Positions 7,962 to 15,862 of a stretch of DNA of 64,000 bases are shown here, piece after piece. Source of the DNA: Bdellovibrionales bacterium GWA1_52_35 (GTDB taxonomy: Bacteria; Bdellovibrionota; UBA1018); the NCBI GenBank assembly GCA_001769805.1, contig MEPO01000027.1, positions 75,276 to 139,275 on the forward strand, read 5' to 3'. Within the stretch, counting starts at the first letter, position 1. Each line of letters starts with the position of its first letter. Under the pieces are notes generated by a model. It had not been told where the DNA came from, did not search any database, and saw only the letters and a program-made list of their open reading frames with translations. The translations under genes were made by a program, and so were the position numbers.

Positions 7962-10285
7962 TCCAGGTCACCTTTTTTCAGATAACGCGACAGCTTGCGC
8001 TTGGAGCGCTCATAGTAAATATCATCGACCGGTGCGACACTCAGGCATTCTTTGAATTTGTTCTTGGCAGTATCAAAATCGCTATAGCTTTCAGCAAGAA
8101 CGGCTTCGGTATAGATCACCTTCGCGCGATCGTGGAGCACGGCCCGCAGACGCTTCATTCCCAGATAGCCGGCCGGATGTTCCGGATCGACAAGCGTCGC
8201 TTTCCGGTAAAGCTGATATGCCCGCGCCAGATCACCCGATTCCTCCAGTTGTTTCGCTTCCTGCAGGAAGGGCTCCCGTACCGCCGCAATCGCGGCTTGC
8301 GCCCGCCTCATCAGAGCTGCGCGCGCTGGGTGCAGCTTCGGATCAGAGGCCCCCATTTCAGCCAGCTCTTTGAGAATATTGATGGCCTGCCGGTACTTGC
8401 CGGCCTTGAAACGGGCTTTCGCTTCCGCATAGACGCCCCAGGCATGCTTGTTGATTTGTGTGCGGGTCTGTTTTTGTATTTCCTTGATACGCTCGGACTC
8501 TTCCCATTCGCCGATCTCTTTGCGCCAGGCTCCCACCTCTGCGTTGTCAGGATCAATTTCCAAAATTCCCGGGAAGAGTTCGCTGGCTTTCCGATACTGC
8601 TTCTTCTCCATCAAGTCGCGGACCTCATCGGCCAGCTCGGCAACCCGGGCCTTGATCCGCGCTTCCTCTTCCTTCCTCTTCTTCTCTTCTTCCATGGCTT
8701 CACTGCGCCGCTTTCCCTGCTCTGCATAGTGCTTCAGCTCGATAGAATTATCGTAGTCCGAAACCAGTGAAAACAGCTGACTCAATTCGTAGAGAGCTTT
8801 ATCGAAATCCCCATTGGTGTAGTATTGGAAAGCCAAGGCGTGTTTTGCTTTTACAAATTTCTGTTCCTCGGGTTTCAACCGTTCAAAAGTTCTCAAGCTG
8901 CTTTTATCGAGAACCCCTGGACTCGGCTTGGACTGCGGTTTTCGCTGCAATTTGGGCGCATCCCCTTCTTCCATTCCCCACCAGAGCGCCAGCAGGCCGA
9001 GGGCTCCGACCAGGAATTTTTGTCGGGCAGGAAGTTTTGCGAAGAGACTCTTGCCCTTGTTTCCACCCATTCCGGCAATCCCGGTGACGCCGGTCATTCC
9101 CGGAATATGAGGACTCGGAGCGGAGGCGGAATTCCCGCCCGCTCCCACGCCCGGCAGAATATTGATCCGCGATTCCTTGGCATCCCAGGCATTGGACTCC
9201 CCACCGGAAGGAACAGGACTTGACTGGATCAGACTTGAAATTTCCGGAACAGGGAAAGAATAGCTTTTGTTCTCACTTTCAACGGGGAGCGCTGATTGGA
9301 CCTGCCGTGTATAATCAGCACTTTTGATAAGAAAATTGAAAATCACATCACCAATCTGGATCTGATCTTCGCCCGTGAGTTCCTGCTCACTAATTTTCAC
9401 ACCATTGACGAAAGTACCATTGGCTGAAGCAAGATCCTTGATCACATAACTCAAGCCAGCTTTGCGTATGATCGCGTTCTTGCGGGAAGCTCGTTTATCA
9501 TTCAATACGATGTCACAGGTTTTCGCACGGCCGATCGAAATTTCATCGCCACTGAAAACGTATTCTTCGACGTTCGCACTGCCCGGCTTGAAAATCAGGC
9601 GGACTGCAATTTTGCCGATCGGCGCGACTTTGGTCGCGGCATCACTTTCGGCAATTTCCATGAATTTAGTGGCCAGCGGCATAGGATCATCCAGCGCGGC
9701 TGGCAGCGCGGCGGGTTTTTCAGGATCGGACATGATAGGATGAACCGGTGCAGGAGTAGGGGCCGGCTCTGACTCTTCCCCCTGCGGCATTTCAATCGGA
9801 CTTTCGTTAATCGGTAAAACAGTTGCCGGCGCGGCATCACTCAAATCAGACAGGGGTTCTTCATATTGATCCGGCCCAGCCTTGGGTACGGACGGTACCA
9901 GAGCCGGCTTGATCGGAATGACAGGCACTTCCTGAGCGATCGGTGCAGCAGGAGCTGCGCGCAAGGGATTTGCCTCTGCTGGTGGAATCGAAACCTTCAC
10001 CAGGTAAGGACCCAGGGCTATGACATCGCCCTCGACCAGCATGCCGCTCGCGCAAAGCTTTCCGTTGATGCTCAAAGGAGCATATTCACTTTTCTTTTCG
10101 ACCTGTATGCCTTCAGGAGTCTGGGTAAATACGACATGACGTCGCGAAATAGCCCGATCTTCAAGCCGAATCACGCAGTCTTCGCCTCGGCCTACGACAA
10201 GCGGCCTGCTGTTGGGCGGGAGCTGGCAGGATTTGATCACCTCGCCATTTTTCAGAAAGGTGAGAAGTGGAGCAGCACCCATCAA
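7958..10285 (-). CDS. membrane protein with two N-terminal FHA domains and a C-terminal TPR-repeat domain
   Basis: FHA-1 '...LVVGRGEDCVIRLEDRAISRRHVVF...'. FHA-2 '...ISIGRAKTCDIVLNDKRASRKNAIIRKAGLSYVIKDLASANGTFVNG'. Pro-rich linkers, one TM helix 'FLVGALGLLALWWGM', then ~330 aa of TPR-like helical repeats. Confidence 0.75.
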   Translation of the reverse strand: MMGAAPLLTFLKNGEVIKSCQLPPNSRPLVVGRGEDCVIRLEDRAISRRHVVFTQTPEGIQVEKKSEYAPLSINGKLCASGMLVEGDVIALGPYLVKVSIPPAEANPLRAAPAAPIAQEVPVIPIKPALVPSVPKAGPDQYEEPLSDLSDAAPATVLPINESPIEMPQGEESEPAPTPAPVHPIMSDPEKPAALPAALDDPMPLATKFMEIAESDAATKVAPIGKIAVRLIFKPGSANVEEYVFSGDEISIGRAKTCDIVLNDKRASRKNAIIRKAGLSYVIKDLASANGTFVNGVKISEQELTGEDQIQIGDVIFNFLIKSADYTRQVQSALPVESENKSYSFPVPEISSLIQSSPVPSGGESNAWDAKESRINILPGVGAGGNSASAPSPHIPGMTGVTGIAGMGGNKGKSLFAKLPARQKFLVGALGLLALWWGMEEGDAPKLQRKPQSKPSPGVLDKSSLRTFERLKPEEQKFVKAKHALAFQYYTNGDFDKALYELSQLFSLVSDYDNSIELKHYAEQGKRRSEAMEEEKKRKEEEARIKARVAELADEVRDLMEKKQYRKASELFPGILEIDPDNAEVGAWRKEIGEWEESERIKEIQKQTRTQINKHAWGVYAEAKARFKAGKYRQAINILKELAEMGASDPKLHPARAALMRRAQAAIAAVREPFLQEAKQLEESGDLARAYQLYRKATLVDPEHPAGYLGMKRLRAVLHDRAKVIYTEAVLAESYSDFDTAKNKFKECLSVAPVDDIYYERSKRKLSRYLKKGDLE

Positions 10286-11283
10286 CGCACCCCTCCCTTC
10301 ATTTCTTTTCTGACGGAATCAAGCTGTTCTTTAGCAACGATATAGGACTCATCACTCTGTGCCCGGTGCAAGAGGCGCAGCACCGACTCAAAATGCCCGC
10401 GGGCATCTTTCAGCTTGCCGGCACTTTGTGACTTCTTGCCCACTTCCAGGTGAAACTTCACCTCTTGCGTGATTTCGCGATTACAGTTTTCAAGATAGAG
10501 TGTCGCAAGCCGGTGCCCCGGTGCGATCTGAAGAACGGTTTCGAATTGAACCCGCGCCCGCAAGTAATTTTTTTCCCGGAACTCCCGGAACCCGCTCCGG
10601 TAGAACATTTCAGCCGTTCTATTGACCGCGGCTTCAGCTCCTTTTGGAAGATACGAAGCAAGGTCTCTTTGGGCCTCAAGCTTCTCCGGCTTTTTCTGAC
10701 GAGGAGCCTGTTCATCCTTGCCCAGGAAAAGCACCAGCATCAAAACCGCTCCCGCTCCAAGATAAAGCTTGGTGCGGTTTCCGCCACTTCCGGCCGCACC
10801 CCTGACCCCAGCACCGCCCCCCAGAAGGGATCCGCTCGAATCAATGCCGCGCGCGCGTTTTCGCTGGGCCTCGAAAGCTGCTTGTTCTGCTTCGATCTGC
10901 TTTATATCCCGAGGAGGTGCGATCAGCATCATTGTGCCCGCTTCAGCGGCCACGAACTCGAAAGTCGTTTCTCCGATTTTGAAAGTATCCTTCAGCTTCA
11001 GGCGCCCGCCTCTGGTGGGCGCGCCGTTCAACAGCATTCCATTTGCACTGGCAAGATCCCGGATATTCCAAGTATCACCCGTGCCAACAATTTCGGCATG
11101 AATCCGCGATGCTTTCAGATCGGAAATTATGATGTCGTTTTCATCACCGCGACCAATCGTGGCACGACTTCGCAGAAGAACATAGACGCACCCATAATCA
11201 GGACCCTGGATCACCTTGAGCCGGGCCAGCTCACCTTGCTGTTTCGGAAGGGTGCTTTGTTTGAAACGGATTGCTGTGCCCAT
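10282..11283 (-). CDS. FHA-domain membrane protein with C-terminal TPR-like domain
   Basis: FHA '...ATIGRGDENDIIISDLKASRIHAEIVGTGDTWNIRDLASANGMLLNG'. TM helix 'LYLGAGAVLMLVLFLG'. C-terminal TPR-like region. 4-bp overlaps on both sides. Confidence 0.75.
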   Translation of the reverse strand: MGTAIRFKQSTLPKQQGELARLKVIQGPDYGCVYVLLRSRATIGRGDENDIIISDLKASRIHAEIVGTGDTWNIRDLASANGMLLNGAPTRGGRLKLKDTFKIGETTFEFVAAEAGTMMLIAPPRDIKQIEAEQAAFEAQRKRARGIDSSGSLLGGGAGVRGAAGSGGNRTKLYLGAGAVLMLVLFLGKDEQAPRQKKPEKLEAQRDLASYLPKGAEAAVNRTAEMFYRSGFREFREKNYLRARVQFETVLQIAPGHRLATLYLENCNREITQEVKFHLEVGKKSQSAGKLKDARGHFESVLRLLHRAQSDESYIVAKEQLDSVRKEMKGGVR

Positions 11284-12941
11284 CAGCTCTCCGATCTCAC
11301 GAATGTGATCACGAAACCCTTGATCTGGCCTCCCGGCATGGCGAATGCCGCAGCGTTGACTCTGTACGCGATGCCTTCAAATTCATAATCCTCGGAAATC
11401 GTTTCTCCAGAGCTTGCCGTCACCCGGTCAATCAGATCCCCGGCAAAGGAATCAAAGGCTTGATCCCGCGCCACGGCCGAAATGGTCTGTCCCACGGCCG
11501 TGTCGCCCCGAATTCCGCTGATTTCCTGAAAGATCGTGTTCAGATAGACAATCCGGCGTTCATGATCGCAGAGAACCAGGCCGAATTTCGACAACTCTCC
11601 CATCATTCGAACGGGGCCGGCAAAAATCTCCGTTGAAATGGCACCTTCCACAGACTGACTGTCCATCGTGGAGGCGCGAGGAATACGCTGCAGAGCTGAA
11701 TCGATCAGCTGCCAGAGTTGATTCGTGTCTTCCACTTTGTACTCATGCGTGACTTGGGCGATGTCGCCCTTCAAACCTTTTTCGAGATCTTCAGTCAGTA
11801 TCCGATAAGGTCGCAAGGTGAGCCGCCGGACAATTGCGAAGATGAGGATCGCGAATAGGCCTGTGAATATGAAAGTCTTTGAATAGATGACGCTGATTTC
11901 TCCGGTATCGAGTGTCACGAGTCCGGTATCGATGGACACGATCGACATTGCCGCCACCACATTCCGTCCTGCTCGCGAGCTGAAGACTTTGACCGGTTCG
12001 ATCGCGGTGATCGTTGATTCATCGAGTTCGGCCGCATATCCGGTCTCCCGACCCCTGTCGAACTGTTCTTTCATTTTCCGGGCAAAACGCGACTCGACAC
12101 CGGAAGTCAAAATATTTCCCGCTTTCGAAGGCGGCGCCAGTACGCGGTTATCGAGATCCACCAGCAGCGCCAGCTTCACTCCCTCAGCATCTTCCGCAAG
12201 TCCGATTTCAGTTTTAGAACTCGCACCAGCAGCCACGAATTGGACGTTCTGTTCCGCGATCTGCCGGGCCATGAAACGAGCTCGGCTGCTTGCTTCCTTT
12301 ACGACCGTCATCCGGCCGGACTCAATCAGCGGATAGACCGAAATAACCAGATTTCCCAGAGTCAGCACCGCGAGCAGTCCAAAGATCATCAGATGCCACT
12401 CGTGCTTCAGGTTCAGGGAATAGAATATCGGCATGATCTGCCGTTCAAAATACCAGAGCAATTTTTCCTTGAGGTCCTTGGGGGGCGTATTTGCATTCAT
12501 GGCATCAATCGCCATTTGCGATGAGCCACCTTGGGATCCGATACCGAATTCCGAAACTCCGGCAGGCAGTGATTTCGAAGATCCGACCGAAGCCAGAGCG
12601 ATCACGTTTCCTAAGCCTGCGACGTCTGGCGCTCTTCTCGGTGTTTTCGCTTTGGGATCGCTGATTTCGAAGACGTATTCTCCGACGCTGATCCGGTCGC
12701 CGAGATTCACTGTTTTTGTTTTCGCTAGGATTCCATTGATGAACGTACCGTTTGAACTGCCCTGGTCCTGGACAATGATTTCGTCCTTGCTGACCGAAAG
12801 CACACAGTGGTGCTTCGAAACCCGCGCAGATGGCAATACGACGACATTGTCGCCATGGCGACCTATCGAGGTACTTCCGTTTTCCTGCAGCACGTAACTG
12901 CTACCCGAATTGGGGCCAGCCACGATGGTCAGCTTATACAT
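11283..12941 (-). CDS. FHA-domain membrane protein with periplasmic loop and C-terminal PAS-like domain
   Basis: FHA 'TSIGRHGDNVVVLPSARVSKHHCVLSVSKDEIIVQDQGSSNGTFING'. Two TM helices ('WHLMIFGLLAVLTLGNLVISVYPLI', 'IFTGLFAILIFAIVRRL') flank a ~150-aa loop. C-terminal PAS-like segment '...GLVLCDHERRIVYLNTIFQEISGI...'. Confidence 0.7.
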   Translation of the reverse strand: MYKLTIVAGPNSGSSYVLQENGSTSIGRHGDNVVVLPSARVSKHHCVLSVSKDEIIVQDQGSSNGTFINGILAKTKTVNLGDRISVGEYVFEISDPKAKTPRRAPDVAGLGNVIALASVGSSKSLPAGVSEFGIGSQGGSSQMAIDAMNANTPPKDLKEKLLWYFERQIMPIFYSLNLKHEWHLMIFGLLAVLTLGNLVISVYPLIESGRMTVVKEASSRARFMARQIAEQNVQFVAAGASSKTEIGLAEDAEGVKLALLVDLDNRVLAPPSKAGNILTSGVESRFARKMKEQFDRGRETGYAAELDESTITAIEPVKVFSSRAGRNVVAAMSIVSIDTGLVTLDTGEISVIYSKTFIFTGLFAILIFAIVRRLTLRPYRILTEDLEKGLKGDIAQVTHEYKVEDTNQLWQLIDSALQRIPRASTMDSQSVEGAISTEIFAGPVRMMGELSKFGLVLCDHERRIVYLNTIFQEISGIRGDTAVGQTISAVARDQAFDSFAGDLIDRVTASSGETISEDYEFEGIAYRVNAAAFAMPGGQIKGFVITFVRSES

Positions 12942-13318
12942 AATTCGTCCCCTGCGCGTAGGGTGCAGCGTTCAATCGTTCCGTCCGGAAGCTCCAAGGT
13001 ATCGTCGGCTTGCCGATCAAAGAGCGGAAGAATCCGCCATGGCCTGACTCCGGGATGTACCGAGCTGATCTTCCAGGACGTTTTTCCCTGCGCAGTGACC
13101 TCCTTTCGAATAAATACGACATCAATCCGCATCGTCATGAACCAGGTGTGAATGTTGTTGCACTCCGGGAACAACATTCCTGCACCGTTTTCGAGGGAGG
13201 ATTTTCCGATCAGTCCACGAAGACGATCGAAAAAATGCTCCGCCTCATAACACTTATCGGCAATAAGGGCTTGATTTGTTAGGGACTGCACCTTTTTCAA
13301 TTGAGCATGGATTTTCAT
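12929..13318 (-). CDS. DUF192 (COG1430) domain protein
   Basis: 129 aa. 'RLRGLIGKSSLENGAGMLFPECNNIHTWFMTMRIDVVFI' matches the DUF192 core (RGLMxR...GMLF...M...iDv.Fi). Overlaps neighbouring genes by a few bp, so it is in the same operon. Confidence 0.6.
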   Translation of the reverse strand: MKIHAQLKKVQSLTNQALIADKCYEAEHFFDRLRGLIGKSSLENGAGMLFPECNNIHTWFMTMRIDVVFIRKEVTAQGKTSWKISSVHPGVRPWRILPLFDRQADDTLELPDGTIERCTLRAGDELCIS

Positions 13319-14031
13319 TCGGGTTTTCCACCCTGGGGGATAAAGGCCAGCGGCTGATTTTCTTGAATTTTCCTGATCAACTCCGAACGACCCGGCTCTT
13401 CGAGTGTCAATATTTCAACGCCCATTCCTTTCGGCAAAATATCCGCTCTGGGGCGAACCCATCGTACAACGCCGGTTCCAGAGAGCCGAATTGACGGATC
13501 ACTCAAATGGAGTTCAAGCCGGACTACTTCGTCCACGGTTGCTTCAACTATTCCAGGAACGAATATGCCGCCTCGCCCGACACATCGCCAGTCGATAGCC
13601 GTTTTTTGAAAAGCAAGCGTCTGCGGCTCCATCTGCTCAACTGCAGACCATCGCTCCGCCTGTGGCAACAGCAGGTTCGCGATCGTACTGATCACTTTTC
13701 GCATACTGAAGGGTTTCGGGAAAATGGCATCCGCACCCATATCGTAAAGTGACTCGGTGGTTACATCGGCAAAGCCGGAGATCAGCGAGAAAACCGATTC
13801 AGAGGTGCGCTCCCGTACTTTCCGGAGCAGTTCCGTACCATCCCCTCCCGACATGCGGACGTCTGAAATAATGACCTCTGGCGAAGACTTTAAGAATAGT
13901 TCAAAACCTTCGGTGCCATTCGCAGCTGCGAGGCTCTTGCTGCCACGTGCAGACAGGGCTTCGCAGATCAGTTCACGAATCAATGGCTCATCATCGACCA
14001 CAAGAATGGTCTTGCCCTCAAGAGGATTCAT
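13315..14031 (-). CDS. response regulator with N-terminal receiver and C-terminal PilZ-like domain
   Basis: REC 'KTILVVDDEPLIREL...EVIISDVRMSGGDGTELL...FPKPF'. C-terminal beta-rich domain ending 'GVVRWVRPRADILPKGMGVEIL' resembles PilZ. The canonical RxxxR/DxSxxG c-di-GMP motifs are not obvious. Confidence 0.65.
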   Translation of the reverse strand: MNPLEGKTILVVDDEPLIRELICEALSARGSKSLAAANGTEGFELFLKSSPEVIISDVRMSGGDGTELLRKVRERTSESVFSLISGFADVTTESLYDMGADAIFPKPFSMRKVISTIANLLLPQAERWSAVEQMEPQTLAFQKTAIDWRCVGRGGIFVPGIVEATVDEVVRLELHLSDPSIRLSGTGVVRWVRPRADILPKGMGVEILTLEEPGRSELIRKIQENQPLAFIPQGGKPE

Positions 14032-14819
14032 CAGGCCGCCTCCCTGACGTGAGTGTAAGCCAAAGGCATCCGGAGCAGAAAACAGGTCAATTCATCGCTC
14101 TTCAGCAGTAATTCTCCTTGATGGGCTTCCATGATTTGTTTTGAAATCGAAAGGCCCAGTCCTGTGCCCTGGGCCTTTGTGGTAAAGTGCGGCTCCATGA
14201 CCCTGCTGCGAATCGCCTCGGGAATTGCCGGACCACTGTTTGCAATCTGGAGCTCCAGACTGTTCTCATTTCGCGCTATTTCAATCGATATCCATTTTTT
14301 TCCGGAACGGCTGGTTTCATTTCCGATGGCTTCGATCGCCTCGACTGCGTTGAGCAGAAGATTGAGAAGCACTTGCGTGATCTGCGCGGGCCTGCAATCA
14401 ATCTTGAATTCCTGTTCCAGCGGTTCAATTCTGAGTTCGATCTGAAGTTGCAGCAATTTCGAACGCACCAGGCTGATTGTCATGCCTAGAATTTCGTCCA
14501 GACTGGCGCGCACAAAGGACTCTTCCTGAGTGTTGCGACTGAGCGCCTTAACACCCAGGACCACTTTTTCGATGTGGCGGGCAGTCAACTCGATCTGCTC
14601 GAGCGACTGCTCCAGCTGTTGCGGGTCCAGCTCACCCGTCTTCAAAAGTCCACGGAGATGAGTCGTTCTGGCTAAGATCACCGTCAGCGGACTGCAGACC
14701 TCATGCACAAGTCCGGCAGAGAGTTCTCCCAAAGCGCGCATTTTTTCGAAATGCTCCTGGTTGTTTTCCGCTTCGGAATACTGACTGGCCCAATTCCGGA
14801 TGTTTTTCCAGATACTCAT
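14031..14819 (-). CDS. cytoplasmic sensor histidine kinase (HisKA + HATPase_c, no obvious sensor/TM)
   Basis: H-box 'LSAGLVHEVCSPLTVI'. N-box 'LLNLLLNAVEAI'. G-boxes 'TGLGLSISKQIMEAHQGEL'. 1-bp stop/start overlap with the REC-PilZ gene. Confidence 0.8.
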   Translation of the reverse strand: MSIWKNIRNWASQYSEAENNQEHFEKMRALGELSAGLVHEVCSPLTVILARTTHLRGLLKTGELDPQQLEQSLEQIELTARHIEKVVLGVKALSRNTQEESFVRASLDEILGMTISLVRSKLLQLQIELRIEPLEQEFKIDCRPAQITQVLLNLLLNAVEAIEAIGNETSRSGKKWISIEIARNENSLELQIANSGPAIPEAIRSRVMEPHFTTKAQGTGLGLSISKQIMEAHQGELLLKSDELTCFLLRMPLAYTHVREAA

Positions 14820-14878
14820 TCAATTACGTATCGGTACTCAACCTAAAAATTTATAGGAAAAACAAAAGCTAAGCTGAA

Positions 14879-15841
14879 TCAGGATCGTGTGAATGCCACG
14901 AAGGCCCCACCGATCAGGCCGGCATTATTGTGAAGACTGGAAACTTTCAGATCAGGCATCAGGTCCACCCCAACTCTGCGCCTGACAAGGAGTTTCTCAA
15001 GATGCGTTTTGGTTTTTTTCATAAAGAGATCAGCGGTTTGGGCGAAGCTGCCCGTTAAAATTACGAGTTCCGGAGCGTAAACCACGGCATAATTGTGAAT
15101 AGCCACGGCCATCAGGAATGAATACTCATCGAACATCGCTCTGGCATTCAAATCGCCCGATCTGGCCATGTCCGCAATTTCCTTGGCATCCAACTTTTCG
15201 TTGCCCAATTTCACGCGGGCTCGGCGGGTGAAATTTCGTCCCGAAAGATAAGCTTCGGCGCAACCATGATTCCCGCAGCCACAAGGCGCGGATTCGTCAT
15301 TGTACTGCAGAATCAGATGCCCCGCCTCGGGATGGAGATCCCGCCCGGCGCGAACCAATTCACCGTTGACGATAATTCCGGTTCCCAAGCCAGTGCCAAG
15401 AGTCAAAATCATGGCGTTTTGGGATTTGCGGGCAGCCCCGACCCAATGTTCGGCCAGGATCGCTGCGGCCGCATCATTTTCCATCACGACTGGAAGTTTC
15501 AGTTTTCGGGAAAGCAATTGTGCGAGAGGCGTCTTGCCCCAGGCGCCTTCAGGTCCCGAAAAATTCGTCGGGTCCAGCAAAACTCCTGTTTTCGGTTCCA
15601 AAGGACCTGCCGAAGCGATCCCGATGCGTTTGATCTTCGGATACTCGGCAATCATTTCCTGGCCCAAGTCAGCCAGTTGACGGATGACTGCCTGCTTTCC
15701 CTGCCTGAAGACAACCGGAACACGCTTGCACTTGAGCACTTTCCCGCTCGAATCCACCACTCCGACCTCGACCTTGGTTCCTCCAAGATCGTAAGCCAAA
15801 ACATAAGGAATTTTCGTCAACAGACCTTTCTGACTCATCAA
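14879..15841 (-). CDS. ROK-family glucokinase
   Basis: N-terminal 'LAYDLGGTKVEVGVVD' (ATPase fold) and the ROK zinc motif 'CGCGNHGCAEAYLSG'. Confidence 0.8.
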   Translation of the reverse strand: MMSQKGLLTKIPYVLAYDLGGTKVEVGVVDSSGKVLKCKRVPVVFRQGKQAVIRQLADLGQEMIAEYPKIKRIGIASAGPLEPKTGVLLDPTNFSGPEGAWGKTPLAQLLSRKLKLPVVMENDAAAAILAEHWVGAARKSQNAMILTLGTGLGTGIIVNGELVRAGRDLHPEAGHLILQYNDESAPCGCGNHGCAEAYLSGRNFTRRARVKLGNEKLDAKEIADMARSGDLNARAMFDEYSFLMAVAIHNYAVVYAPELVILTGSFAQTADLFMKKTKTHLEKLLVRRRVGVDLMPDLKVSSLHNNAGLIGGAFVAFTRS

Positions 15842-15862
15842 TCAACATGTACCATAAGAGTT

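Noticed and set aside
7931-11388. Several 250-310-aa plus-strand ORFs (7931..8770, 10450..11388) and 11887..12897 fragments
   Set aside because: All are antisense to the FHA-domain genes, whose FHA motifs define the real minus-strand frames.
15266-15862. 5' extension of the ftsK ORF
   Set aside because: It overlaps the minus-strand ROK glucokinase gene almost completely. FtsK homology begins at the in-frame ATG at 15863.
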